From IMG/VR virus record IMGVR_UViG_3300043451_000043: 64,000 bases of DNA, one strand, 5' to 3'. The notes beneath the pieces are model-generated. The model made no database searches and was not told the DNA's origin. It saw only the letters and a list, made by a program, of their open reading frames with translations. The translations under genes were made by a program, and so were the position numbers. The DNA is from a virus. Positions 39,649 to 49,168 of this stretch are shown here, piece after piece; position 1 is the first letter of the stretch; each line of letters begins with the position of its first letter.

Positions 39649-39917
39649 TTGACTTCCTTCATGATGTCGATGTTCATATTGAAATGTTTCGCGAGTTCGC
39701 TGGCAAAGAAGCGGTAGCTCTTGCCGACCCTCACATACGGAATACGCTTTGCTGGGTCTTGCTCCCGAATCAAAGTGTGGATGGTTGACGGGGCGACTTG
39801 CAAAAGCTTCGCCACCTGCGCCAATGTCAGTGCAGTTTCCAATTTAGCTCCTTCGTACTGTAACAGTGTATCGGTTGTCAACGTTAAGTCCCGGGGGCAA
39901 AAGGTCGGGATTTTCAC
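39645..39917 (-). CDS. HTH DNA-binding protein (AlpA/excisionase-like fold)
   Basis: LTLAQVAKLLQVAPSTIHTLIR HTH. The true start may be an internal TTG near 39842, since the ATG version overlaps the upstream gene by 74 nt. Confidence 0.4.
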   Translation of the reverse strand: MKIPTFCPRDLTLTTDTLLQYEGAKLETALTLAQVAKLLQVAPSTIHTLIREQDPAKRIPYVRVGKSYRFFASELAKHFNMNIDIMKEVK

Positions 39918-40233
39918 GTAGAAAGTTTTTCATCGCAAGCTGCGATATGCGGCGCTCTACTAAATCAAGCGCATCGTGATCTCGAATGAACTTGTGCATC
40001 GCGCCCCAATCTCCCGTCCAGTAGCGTGTTGAGATGCTACGGATGGCAGTGCCATGTGCTGTCTTGATGCTTTCAGCACCGGTTGATTTGCAGGTCTCAA
40101 GCAGGTTCTGTTCGACCAGCTCCATCTGCTCTTTGATTGCGTTGTCTTGTGCTTCGTATGCAGCTTTCAATTCGGCACGCTTGTCGCGCATCTTTATGTA
40201 AGCCTTAACGAGCTTGTCTGCTGTAATGTCCAT
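39844..40233 (-). CDS. hypothetical protein
   Basis: 129-aa ORF, helical. Confidence 0.4.
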   Translation of the reverse strand: MDITADKLVKAYIKMRDKRAELKAAYEAQDNAIKEQMELVEQNLLETCKSTGAESIKTAHGTAIRSISTRYWTGDWGAMHKFIRDHDALDLVERRISQLAMKNFLRENPDLLPPGLNVDNRYTVTVRRS

Positions 40234-40284
40234 GCTCTTCCTTTCAGTGTTTTTTCGTTAATCATACACCATAACTTGTCAATG

Positions 40285-41838
40285 TCAAGTACCTCCTACA
40301 GTTTCTTTATAGAGTTCCATCAAATTAAATTGGGCCTCTTCTTTATTGTCTAAAGCCTTGTACAACTTCGTCTCTACAGGCGAGCCTTGCAGCTTCACCA
40401 CCAGACACTTGTTGACTTGGCCAGCGCGGTGGACACGGGCGTTAGCCTGTGCGTAGGTCTCATATGACGTGATGGGTGACCACCACACCACAGTGTTGGC
40501 TGCGTGCAACGTTACGCCGTGCGATGCAGCTTGCGGCTGGATGACAAGCACCCTCGGGTCAGGCTGCTCTTGGAATTTCTTGAACACATCGGTGCGTCGC
40601 CCTGCTGGAACCCCGCCGTGGATTACGTCCGCCGTATAGCCCGCCTTGAGCAGCTCGTCGTAGATGATCTCGATCGAATGGCGGAACGGCACGAACACCA
40701 ACACCTTGTGGCTGGACTCGTCGATCACTTCCTTGAGCACCGACATGCGGTTGCTGGCATCGAAGGACACCACCTCGTCGTTGTCGGTGTAGACCGCACC
40801 ACAAGAAATTTGCAGCAGCTTGTTGAGCTTGGCCGCCGCGTTGACTGCGGTGATCTCTTCGCCTGCGGCGTTGACTGCCATGACCTTGCGCAGCTTCTCG
40901 TAATACTTGACCTGCTGTGGCGTGAGCGGTACCTCACGTTCTGTGTACAACATGTCTGGTAGATCAAGGCATTCTTCTTTGGTGAATCGGATGGCCGGTT
41001 GCAGCAGCGTGCTGACCGTCTGCTGCGCGTCCACCTTGGGCACCCACTTGAACTGCGTGATCTTGTGCATCACCTGATCGCGGTACATCGTGAAGCTACG
41101 GGGCGTAGAGCTGGGGCTGACCAGCTTGGCCAAGCCATAGGCATCCAAGGGTGACTGCGAGGCAGGCGTACCCGTCAGCATCCACAGCCACATGTCAGGC
41201 TTGAGCAAACGGTTCAGTGTCTTCCAGCGCGTTGTAGTAGCGGTCTTATAAGCATTGGCCTCGTCGATAACAATCATGTCGAAACCTGCGTTGGCAATCA
41301 CATCTTCCACCACAGCCACGCCGTCGAAGTTGATGATGACGAACTCAGCGTCCGAGTTGATGACCTGTGTGCGCTTCTCTTTGCTGCCGTATGCGATGCC
41401 TACCTTGCGGTGCATTGCCGCCTTGAAGATGTCGTTCTGCCATGCAGCTTGCATGATTGACAGTGGGCAGATGACCAGCACACGCTTGATTTGCTTGGCC
41501 TTCATCAAGTAGTCGCAGGCCCACGTGATCGACATTGTTTTGCCTGTGCCGGGGTCGTTGAAACAGAACGCTCTACGGTGCAGCGTTAGGAACGCGGCAG
41601 TCTGCTTCTGGTGTGTGAACGGGTCGTAGATGCCCGGCCACTTGTACTTGGCCATGATGGGTGACGGCACGTTCTTGATCTTGAGGTTCTTCAAGACCTG
41701 CGCTTCTTCCAAACCCCAGTGAACCATCACCGTACTGACAGGCCCCTCTTCGATCAGGGCGCTCTTGGGGATGACGTTCAGCACCTTGTGAGGGTTACGT
41801 AGGCGTAGCTTGAGCGCCTTGCCTTCAATGATTTCCAT
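40285..41838 (-). CDS. SF2 DEAD/DEAH-like (SNF2-related) DNA helicase
   Basis: Walker A FNDPGTGKT, Walker B MIVIDEANAYK, helicase C-like region. Confidence 0.65.
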   Translation of the reverse strand: MEIIEGKALKLRLRNPHKVLNVIPKSALIEEGPVSTVMVHWGLEEAQVLKNLKIKNVPSPIMAKYKWPGIYDPFTHQKQTAAFLTLHRRAFCFNDPGTGKTMSITWACDYLMKAKQIKRVLVICPLSIMQAAWQNDIFKAAMHRKVGIAYGSKEKRTQVINSDAEFVIINFDGVAVVEDVIANAGFDMIVIDEANAYKTATTTRWKTLNRLLKPDMWLWMLTGTPASQSPLDAYGLAKLVSPSSTPRSFTMYRDQVMHKITQFKWVPKVDAQQTVSTLLQPAIRFTKEECLDLPDMLYTEREVPLTPQQVKYYEKLRKVMAVNAAGEEITAVNAAAKLNKLLQISCGAVYTDNDEVVSFDASNRMSVLKEVIDESSHKVLVFVPFRHSIEIIYDELLKAGYTADVIHGGVPAGRRTDVFKKFQEQPDPRVLVIQPQAASHGVTLHAANTVVWWSPITSYETYAQANARVHRAGQVNKCLVVKLQGSPVETKLYKALDNKEEAQFNLMELYKETVGGT

Positions 41839-42019
41839 CTATAGCCTCTTTTTTCTTTAACGTGTTGAACAGCGCGTAGGCATCTAGCAACCGTATGACA
41901 AGAATGGCCCTACCTTCGGAGTCGTCATAGATGGTTTCATACAGCGCGTGCTGTCGTATGTGCTGCTCAAATTCTTCTAGGGTCATAGGGTCTCCAATAG
42001 CGAAATAGACCGAAAGCAC
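41825..42019 (-). CDS. hypothetical protein
   Basis: 64-aa ORF overlapping the helicase start. Confidence 0.35.
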   Translation of the reverse strand: MLSVYFAIGDPMTLEEFEQHIRQHALYETIYDDSEGRAILVIRLLDAYALFNTLKKKEAIDGNH

Positions 42020-42188
42020 AATGTGCAGTCAGTCAGGGATATGGCGGCACCTTGCGGGTGCCAATCGGCTGAATCACCATCCGTTCTGAAAGGGGAGGTA
42101 GACGGCTTCAGCAGGTGCGGTTAATAGGGTCCAAACTTACAAAGTCCCCCGCCGCCCCACTCACACCTTTGGGCAGCGTATTGCAAGA

Positions 42189-42467
42189 TCACTTCTTCTT
42201 TGGCTTGTTCACCTTCACCGTGTGATCGCTGTTGCGACTGAACGAACGGTTTGCAGATGGTGTCTTCAAACGCAGGTTAGCTTTGCCAGCACTGCCCCCT
42301 TTGGACAGCGGCACTTTATGGTCAATGTCTTTGCCCTTGCGGTCAATGCCTTCGCGGTCATACAGATCACGGGCAGCTTCACGTTTGCGGCGGGCGGGTG
42401 CCTCACCACGTGCGAGTTGTTGCTGGTATTCTTTTTTGTAGGGGCGGGGCTTGTTGACGTAGGGCAT
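42189..42467 (-). CDS. HNH endonuclease-like small protein
   Basis: DIDHKVPLSKGG resembles the HNH motif. Basic tails. Confidence 0.45.
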   Translation of the reverse strand: MPYVNKPRPYKKEYQQQLARGEAPARRKREAARDLYDREGIDRKGKDIDHKVPLSKGGSAGKANLRLKTPSANRSFSRNSDHTVKVNKPKKK

Positions 42468-42470
42468 TTG

Positions 42471-43145
42471 TTACTTTCTTCCACAGTGAGCGCACTCGCT
42501 CACCCAGCAGTAATTTTTACACAAACCGTTGGGTTTTGCATTCCAAACTCCACTGCTATATGCACCTTCCAGCATGGTGATGGTTGGCATCCAGTTGCCC
42601 CAGTAACGGTGCTGTTGCTGGGCTTCGTAGACAGCGGGCACAAACTTACCTTCGGTCAGGAACAGCAGGCCGCCTTTGACCTTTGTGATGTTTGGCCAAC
42701 GCTTAAACACGGCCAAGGCCATGAGTTCGAGCTGGCTCACGTCAGCGTAGCGGCTCTTGCCCATCTTGTAGTCGATGACACGGGCTTCGTTCTTCTCGTG
42801 GTCGATGATGAGCAGGTCGGCCACGCCACGGAACCAGCAGTCAGCCGCAAAGAAGTCACATGGTTCCAACGCTTCGGTCAATGCGAACTTGATCTCGCAG
42901 TGCTTTTCGCCGGGGATGCGCTTCAATGCGTCCAAGGGTTCCTGCATGAAGTCGAACTTCGGGGGGATGGGTGTGCCGTCCTTGATGTAGAACTCGGCGG
43001 CACTGTGTGCCTCCTTGCCGTACATCGCCGCTTCGCCTTCGGGCTCTTTCACATCCTTGAGTACACGCGTGTGGTAATACTTCTTGGGGCAAGTGGTAAA
43101 AGTTTTCAGGCTAGAAAACGACCATGCTGGAATCTTAGCAGTCAC
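42471..43145 (-). CDS. PD-(D/E)XK nuclease with C-terminal Fe-S Cys cluster (Cas4/RecB-like exonuclease)
   Basis: ADLLIIDHEKNEARVIDYKMGK is a D...E-x-K type motif. CKNYCWVSECAHC terminal cysteines. Confidence 0.6.
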   Translation of the reverse strand: MTAKIPAWSFSSLKTFTTCPKKYYHTRVLKDVKEPEGEAAMYGKEAHSAAEFYIKDGTPIPPKFDFMQEPLDALKRIPGEKHCEIKFALTEALEPCDFFAADCWFRGVADLLIIDHEKNEARVIDYKMGKSRYADVSQLELMALAVFKRWPNITKVKGGLLFLTEGKFVPAVYEAQQQHRYWGNWMPTITMLEGAYSSGVWNAKPNGLCKNYCWVSECAHCGRK

Positions 43146-45024
43146 CGTACGACACTCCCATACCGCTTTCGCAGTTCACTGGTAAACCTTCTGCCCATGA
43201 TGGCGTCCAACGCATACACGTCTCAACGTAATCACGAGCCTCGTCAGACTCTTCATGCCGCGCAACAATGCCGATAGCATCGTGAACCGTGAGGACCACT
43301 TTGTATCGCTTGGCAATCTTTAACATCTGTTCACCGATGATACACCGCGCTATTGCTTGTGTGAAGTTTTCTACGACCTTTCCACCATAAATCTTGTTCG
43401 CGCCTTTTCGTGTTGTGTACTGAAACTGACGCTTACCTTCGGCGTCTACAACTTCTTGCAAGCCGTTGTAGAAAATGTGCAGGCCGTTCGGAAGCAAGAT
43501 GCCGTGTTCGTCCACGGTCAGCAAGCCATCGCGGCCGAGGGTCATCGTCTGCCCACGTACCATGCACCGTAGGGCTTCTTGCGACTCGCGCCAGAGCTGG
43601 GGGATTCGAGGATACGTCTCACGGTACGTTGCGATAATCCGCGCAGCTTCCGCTGTGTCAATCTCAGTGCCAAAAGTTTTGAGTTGAGCTTGGAACTTGG
43701 GCCCTCCCATACCGTAGCCAGCACCAAGAATGGTTGTCTTACCCACAAATCTCTCCGGCGCATCAACAGCAGCAACCGGTTTGCCGTAGATTGCCGATGC
43801 CATGATCTTGTAAACGTCATCGCCATTTGCAAACGCTCCTACTAAGTCGTCTTGATTGGCCTCCCACGCAAGCGTGCGGGCCTCGATTTGAGATGAGTCA
43901 GCGTCGATGAAGACGTAACCCTCTGGGGCCACGATGGCCTTCTTGAGCTTGCCTGCGTTCGCGCCACGGCTCGGCAGGTTCTGCAAGTTGATTGAGTCAG
44001 TACCACCCCAACGGCCAGTGTGCGCCGCGTAGTATTTCAACGGGATGGGGAACGGCCCGCGCTTTGAGATGTCGATGAACCGCTGGGTGCGGGTCTCTTC
44101 CAGCGTGGATTTAGTGCCCAGACGAGCTGCGCACAATGCCTGCACCCGTGTGTCGGGATGCTCCAGCAAAGCCTTGAAGCCTTCGTCCGTCTTGGCAAAC
44201 GCCCACGTCTCTTTGCCTGTGGTCATGCTGATCTTGAGCGGGGGGTTCACGCCCAAACCTTTCAACATCTCAGCAAACTGTGGGTTGCTCATCAACGTCT
44301 TGCGCACCGTGGCCTTGGTTTCCTCGTCACCCAAAATGTGCTTGACCGCCAACTCTTTGTGCCCGATGGACTGCAAAGCGTTGACTAGGTGGTTGGTCTT
44401 CTGCGCGGCGGTGTCAGCCAAGTGCATCTCAAGGCTCTTGGTATCGAGCTTCAACACGGGGTGGATGAACATGCTCAGGGTCAGGTCAATCAGCTTGAGT
44501 TCCATCTTAGGGAACCCAGCAGCCATCATCTTGTTGAAGATGAGGTACGTCAGCTCAACGTCCTTGCGGCAATACTGACCGTAGTTGTGCAGCTCCATCT
44601 GTGTGAAGTTGCGGAGGTGTTTGCCCTTGGCGTCGTTCACCTCGGTGCCCTTTTCCCCCACACCGTAGCGCAACGACATGTTGGCCAGAGATACGCTGGC
44701 ATCCACACCGTGCAGAGCGCGGCCCATCGACATGGTATCTAGCCAGCCTTTGGGTTTGATGCCGTACAGCCACGACAGAATCGCGCCATCGAACATGGCG
44801 TTGTGAGCCAGCACAAGTGAGTCAGACCAAGGCAGCATGGCCAAGGCAGCTTCGATCTCAGGCCCCGTACCTGTCACCCAGCGCGTGATGCCGTCGTCGA
44901 TCTTGTAGGCAAAGCCAATGGTCTCGAAGTTCGGGCTACGCACGTACTCCTCAGTGCTGATCTTGCTCAGGCTGTACTCTTGGTCATAGTACGTCTCGAA
45001 GTCGATTGTGATGAGGTGTGTCAT
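43135..45024 (-). CDS. DNA polymerase, family A (3'-5' exo plus pol, no 5' nuclease domain)
   Basis: Exo I IDFETYYD. Motif A DADSSQIEAR. Motif B RFVGKTTILGAGYGMG. Motif C VHDAIGI, a variant of HDE. Confidence 0.75.
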   Translation of the reverse strand: MTHLITIDFETYYDQEYSLSKISTEEYVRSPNFETIGFAYKIDDGITRWVTGTGPEIEAALAMLPWSDSLVLAHNAMFDGAILSWLYGIKPKGWLDTMSMGRALHGVDASVSLANMSLRYGVGEKGTEVNDAKGKHLRNFTQMELHNYGQYCRKDVELTYLIFNKMMAAGFPKMELKLIDLTLSMFIHPVLKLDTKSLEMHLADTAAQKTNHLVNALQSIGHKELAVKHILGDEETKATVRKTLMSNPQFAEMLKGLGVNPPLKISMTTGKETWAFAKTDEGFKALLEHPDTRVQALCAARLGTKSTLEETRTQRFIDISKRGPFPIPLKYYAAHTGRWGGTDSINLQNLPSRGANAGKLKKAIVAPEGYVFIDADSSQIEARTLAWEANQDDLVGAFANGDDVYKIMASAIYGKPVAAVDAPERFVGKTTILGAGYGMGGPKFQAQLKTFGTEIDTAEAARIIATYRETYPRIPQLWRESQEALRCMVRGQTMTLGRDGLLTVDEHGILLPNGLHIFYNGLQEVVDAEGKRQFQYTTRKGANKIYGGKVVENFTQAIARCIIGEQMLKIAKRYKVVLTVHDAIGIVARHEESDEARDYVETCMRWTPSWAEGLPVNCESGMGVSYGDC

Positions 45025-45614
45025 AGAGCGTCCCTGCGCTTGATGTATTCCTGCACGGTCATGCCCATCTTCTTGGCCATCACGTGGTCGGTATGCGTGA
45101 CGAGAATCTTATTCAGCTTCTCACGCTGGTCCTTGGCCACGTACTTGTACGCTGTGTTGGTATCTGCCATCTGTACCGGCTGGCCTTCGGTCTTGGCGTA
45201 CACCGTATCGAACGCGCTGTTCAATGTTGCCAAGGTCTGCTGCTGCATCGCCGATGTGGTCAGCACAGTGCTTGGGCTAGTGCCGCGCAAGATACCTTGT
45301 GAGGCTTGCTTACCTAATCCAGCTTGGAATGTTTGCTCGGGGCTTGGGCCGAGGTCGTTACCAGACACGATGTTCTTCAACATGTCTTTGTGCAGACGTG
45401 CCAAGTACGCCTTGCGGTACGCCTCAAGTAGTGTGACGCGTTCATGTTCAGTCAATGCCCAAAGCGTGCGGTGATAGCGGTTTTCAGTCTCGTCAATGGC
45501 GTAGGCTTCCAACCCACGTACTAACGTATCCCAACGCCCGTTCATTTGAAACTCGTCAGGGTTGGTTTCAAGACGTGCCAGCACGAGTTTTGTGAAGTCA
45601 CTAAGTTCAGACAT
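45021..45614 (-). CDS. hypothetical protein
   Basis: 197-aa ORF, ATGA overlap with the polymerase. Confidence 0.45.
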   Translation of the reverse strand: MSELSDFTKLVLARLETNPDEFQMNGRWDTLVRGLEAYAIDETENRYHRTLWALTEHERVTLLEAYRKAYLARLHKDMLKNIVSGNDLGPSPEQTFQAGLGKQASQGILRGTSPSTVLTTSAMQQQTLATLNSAFDTVYAKTEGQPVQMADTNTAYKYVAKDQREKLNKILVTHTDHVMAKKMGMTVQEYIKRRDAL

Positions 45615-45972
45615 ATAACCCCTCCAATTTGTTAAGTAAGTTTTGCAGTTCGTCTTGGTTGTTTTCGTTCACCACCATAGCGGTACCACCGTTCTGCACG
45701 ATCTTGGCTATCTCGCGGTCTTGCAAGACAGTTGTGGTTCCTTTGCCAGCCTTACATTCAATGGCCAAGAAGTGTCCATGTATGCAGCAGATGATGTCAG
45801 GAATTCCTTGACGACCATAGCCATTGGCTGGGGGGAAGAAGTAGTAGACGTTGTGCCTGTCGAGCATCTTTGCAACATCGCGTTTAACTTTCGCTTCGGG
45901 TGTCAGTGCCATTTGATTTCTCCAATGCTTGCAGGATTGCGATTGCGTGTACGGCTTGTGTCTTCGCGTCAT
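45607..45972 (-). CDS. VRR-NUC domain nuclease
   Basis: GIPDIICC...GHFLAIECK is PD-(D/E)XK in the VRR-NUC arrangement. Confidence 0.5.
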   Translation of the reverse strand: MTRRHKPYTQSQSCKHWRNQMALTPEAKVKRDVAKMLDRHNVYYFFPPANGYGRQGIPDIICCIHGHFLAIECKAGKGTTTVLQDREIAKIVQNGGTAMVVNENNQDELQNLLNKLEGLYV

Positions 45973-46429
45973 CTAACGCATTGTGGTGCGTACCCCCACG
46001 GACGAACGGGATGTCAGGGCGCAGGGTCTTCAACGTGCGGTAGCAGCGATCGTTCCAAAACTTCCAAGGCTGTTCTCCATGTGTCTTGCGGTACGCGTTA
46101 GACAGGATGACGTTATCGAATGAAGCACCATTGCCCCACACCACGGCGTCGTGTGGTAGCCAGCGCTCAAACCCCGAGAGCACAACCGGCAGGGATACGC
46201 CGCTCTTCTTGAACGCAGCACGGGCTTCATCTGACTGCTGCATCCACCACATCACGGTGCTGACGTCCATCTGTAATCCAAAATCCACGCAGCTCTGTGC
46301 GTCGATGTTCTCGTAGAACTCTCGCCCCAACTCACCCGTCGCGTGGTCAAACTCAACCGCGCCAAGGGCGATGATGACAGAGTTGCTACCGTTACCCAAT
46401 GTTTCTAAATCGACCATTACGTTATTCAT
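45884..46429 (-). CDS. DnaQ-like 3'-5' exonuclease (DEDD)
   Basis: MVDLETLG (Exo I), HD...GNGASFDNVIL (Exo II/III). Start taken at the internal Met MNNVM to avoid overlap. Confidence 0.55.
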   Translation of the reverse strand: MNNVMVDLETLGNGSNSVIIALGAVEFDHATGELGREFYENIDAQSCVDFGLQMDVSTVMWWMQQSDEARAAFKKSGVSLPVVLSGFERWLPHDAVVWGNGASFDNVILSNAYRKTHGEQPWKFWNDRCYRTLKTLRPDIPFVRGGTHHNALDDAKTQAVHAIAILQALEKSNGTDTRSES

Positions 46430-46815
46430 TTTTGTTTTCCTAGTGAGAGCAAGAACAACATGCAGCATGTGGCATGTGCAAGGTGAGACAAGCCTGTCTC
46501 TTTATCAGTGGCTTCGCCTTCGTTGTACTTGATGATGTGGCGGAACGCGGCGGCGAGGTAGCGTGTCTCTGCATGTTCAACATGCTTCCAGTTGTCACGT
46601 GCGTATTTCTTTGCGCCGAACTCTAGCACCTTGACCACTTCGTCCATGCCGTCCCACGGCACGAGTGTGTAGTCGAGCTTGCCGCCGTCAAACTTCATGC
46701 CTTTCTCGGCAGCTTCTGCCATCAGGCTCATCTTATCAGCCAAGGCTTTCATCGCCTCTTCTTCCTCTGGTGTGAACTCAGGGAACATTTCAATTTGTGC
46801 GTTGGTAGGTATCAT
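46426..46815 (-). CDS. dATP/dGTP diphosphohydrolase N-terminal domain-like protein (PF18909-like)
   Basis: DGGKLDYTLVPWDGMDEVVKVLEFGAKKYARDNWKHV...RYLAAAFRHI fits my recollection of that family pattern. Not searchable here. Confidence 0.45.
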   Translation of the reverse strand: MIPTNAQIEMFPEFTPEEEEAMKALADKMSLMAEAAEKGMKFDGGKLDYTLVPWDGMDEVVKVLEFGAKKYARDNWKHVEHAETRYLAAAFRHIIKYNEGEATDKETGLSHLAHATCCMLFLLSLGKQK

Positions 46816-46987
46816 CTTTGTAGTCCTTCAGTTGGTTGGATGGTTATGGTTACTTTCAATATGCCGAGATCAGGGAGAGCGAAGTTCTGCGCATCTGTCT
46901 TCTTGTCGAACATGATGTACAGGCCGTAGCTGTTCCTGACTAAGCGCCCTTTGCGGGTCACCGCCCACATAGCTTTGCGAATCTTCT

Positions 46988-47467
46988 TCATGCTGGTTGC
47001 CTTTCAACAATAGGTCGCATCAAGCGGTTCTGAAATTCAAGGTTGATGATGTCCATCGCCTTCTCCATGTCGCGCACGGTAGACAGGTTGAGCTGTTCAT
47101 CATGCAACTCCATGACAAGGTTGAGCGCCTTCAACTCACTGGCTTTAAGGATGAACCTGCCGGACTCAACCCCGCGTCTAGCCACCGCGTAGAGCGCGTC
47201 TTGTGCCTCACGTATTTCCACCGCCCAATCCTTACCGAACTCAGGGCGCAGTCGTGTGTAGGCTTCCGTCATGTTCATCATGCCAATCAGCACGTCGATC
47301 TCGTTGCGCGTCGCGTCACCTCTACGTAGGGTGTCCATCGCAGAGTGGTTCTTGATACGTAGGTCGGTCGTCAGCGTCACGCTGTTCATCGGCTTCAGGC
47401 CAGACAGCACCCAGTTAACTAAGTCGGGGCGCACACCCTTGGATTTGTATTTGCTTTTCTTTCTCAT
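46988..47467 (-). CDS. hypothetical protein
   Basis: 159 aa, basic N-terminus. Confidence 0.45.
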   Translation of the reverse strand: MRKKSKYKSKGVRPDLVNWVLSGLKPMNSVTLTTDLRIKNHSAMDTLRRGDATRNEIDVLIGMMNMTEAYTRLRPEFGKDWAVEIREAQDALYAVARRGVESGRFILKASELKALNLVMELHDEQLNLSTVRDMEKAMDIINLEFQNRLMRPIVERQPA

Positions 47468-47600
47468 CGTGTCTTCCGCACGAGTGCGGCCCTATCAAGT
47501 TTGCGAATGATGTCTTCGAGCTGGCGCACCTTAGATTCCAGCTCTTCAACGCGCTTCTCAAGTTGGGCGCGTATCTGTTCTGGGCTTCGGTGTGGCACGC

Positions 47601-47792
47601 TTAGGCCGATGGGTTTTCTTTCTTGCATACGTGGTCCGATGGGTATTTAGACGACAACATAAACTTCACGCCGCACTGTGGGCACGTCACCTCTACGGCT
47701 GACCAATCAACTGTGTCGTAGCCCTTGCTGTAGTTCTTGTGGTTGGTCGGGCGTTGGTCATCACCCTTACCTGCTTCGCTGTAGTGCGTCAT
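47601..47792 (-). CDS. small zinc-binding protein
   Basis: 63 aa, CPQCGV...HVC. Confidence 0.4.
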   Translation of the reverse strand: MTHYSEAGKGDDQRPTNHKNYSKGYDTVDWSAVEVTCPQCGVKFMLSSKYPSDHVCKKENPSA

Positions 47793-48133
47793 TTCTTCAC
47801 CCCCTTGGGCATACCCGCCTTGTTGAAAATATGGAACTCGGTCGGTGCCAAGTTGGGTCGGTGCAGGTGTGCTGCACGGATGGGGTGCTTGGCATTTGTG
47901 ACGACGGTGAACGCTGCCTTGTTTACTGCTTCACGCGCAGCCTTGGCTTTACCACCTTGAATAACACCGTTGGCTTTCTGTGTGGCTTCGAGGCGGATGC
48001 TGCTCAAGAACTCTGGCATGTACGTCTTCACGTAGTCAGGGTGGAAAGCATTGATGATGGGTGGTTGTTCAGGTTTCAAAACGAAGCATCCTTTGATGGG
48101 GTCATATGTTGTTAGGCTCATTCGACACCACAC
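47789..48133 (-). CDS. hypothetical protein
   Basis: 114-aa ORF. The start may be an internal Met near 48118. Confidence 0.4.
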   Translation of the reverse strand: MWCRMSLTTYDPIKGCFVLKPEQPPIINAFHPDYVKTYMPEFLSSIRLEATQKANGVIQGGKAKAAREAVNKAAFTVVTNAKHPIRAAHLHRPNLAPTEFHIFNKAGMPKGVKK

Positions 48134-48378
48134 ACTTTCTTCATGTAGGCCACGTAGATTTGGTCGGGCGTGTCGTAGTTGGTAGGGTCATCAGCGATGT
48201 AGTAAATGACTGACGGCTTACCAAAATCACGGTTCTTTTTCACGGGGGTGACGATGACTTTGTTGACGCCCGTTTCTTTATTGAAACGATGCAGGTAGTG
48301 TTCTTTGTCGCCAGAGATGTGCATCACCAAATCCATACGTTGGGTGCAGAACTCTTCAAAGGTCAGCTCGGGTCTCAT
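48118..48378 (-). CDS. hypothetical protein
   Basis: 86-aa ORF. Confidence 0.4.
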   Translation of the reverse strand: MRPELTFEEFCTQRMDLVMHISGDKEHYLHRFNKETGVNKVIVTPVKKNRDFGKPSVIYYIADDPTNYDTPDQIYVAYMKKVCGVE

Positions 48379-48420
48379 AGGGGGCTCTCCGGTAATTGTT
48401 GTCGTTGTTGGGTAGCGTAA

Positions 48421-48708
48421 TCACGCTCCTGCTTTTTGGTCCACGGTATCGGTGGGTGGGGTGGAAATGGCCACGTCATGTCGTTCCTCACAAAATTCTA
48501 TAGATGCGTTGGCGATCATGACGCGTGACTCTTGCAGATTGCACTTCTCACATGAACGCCGCTGAATGACGTTGACGCCTGTGTTCTCGGGGTCATCCCA
48601 CTTGGTCCACTTGTGGCGGCATTTGTCACGGTGTTCAACCAAGTGAATCACCAGCATGACCAGCATTACAGAGGCAGGGATAGTCACCATCAAAAATAAG
48701 TCTGTCAT
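48421..48708 (-). CDS. membrane protein with zinc-ribbon
   Basis: TM LFLMVTIPASVMLVMLVIHL followed by CRHKW...CEKC. Confidence 0.4.
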   Translation of the reverse strand: MTDLFLMVTIPASVMLVMLVIHLVEHRDKCRHKWTKWDDPENTGVNVIQRRSCEKCNLQESRVMIANASIEFCEERHDVAISTPPTDTVDQKAGA

Positions 48709-48950
48709 TGCATGTCCCTCAGCTTATCCAAGTGGTCCCAATAGAACTCAGTGTGTGCCTTGGCATCTTCCACCTTGTCGTGGTCGAGGTACTTGCACAC
48801 ATCACGTGCAGCTTCAACCGCACCTTGCAGATGTGTGTGAGCACGAGCGCCGTATTCAAAGCCCATCTCGTAGGCGTTCTCCATCGCAGTCACTGTGTTC
48901 TCGTCACAGCCAACGCTACGCAACAGCGTAGACATTTCATCTTTAGTCAT
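48705..48950 (-). CDS. hypothetical protein
   Basis: 81 aa, acidic, ATGA overlap. Confidence 0.4.
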   Translation of the reverse strand: MTKDEMSTLLRSVGCDENTVTAMENAYEMGFEYGARAHTHLQGAVEAARDVCKYLDHDKVEDAKAHTEFYWDHLDKLRDMQ

Positions 48951-49168
48951 TTTGAAATTCCATCCAGTAGAAGAAGCCCCACAGCAGTGCTACCAGCACA
49001 CCGCAGCCCAGCGCCATGAGAAGCACCATCAGTGCTACGTTCTCGATCATTTGCAGGTCCCCATACTCATTGCTTTGCTATGCAGCACATCCCACACGTC
49101 TGGGTCACCAGCGAATAGGAAGCAGCACACGAGTAGGAATACCCAGAAGCGTGTGTCATTGCTGTCCA

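Noticed and set aside
42020-42188. 170-bp intergenic region with GGCACC-TTGC-GGGTGCC hairpin as a possible tRNA
   Set aside because: No T-loop (GTTCNANTC) or acceptor/anticodon stem arrangement could be read on either strand. It is more likely a regulatory hairpin or promoter region for the 41825-42019 gene and the helicase gene.
42222-43277. 351-aa + strand ORF and other + ORFs (44045-45474, 52607-53134, 53811-54401, 58784-59419) inside the - strand replication/early block
   Set aside because: They are antisense to genes with clear catalytic motifs (Cas4-like nuclease, polymerase, VWA, MoxR, peptidase). They have repetitive low-complexity translations and no start context.
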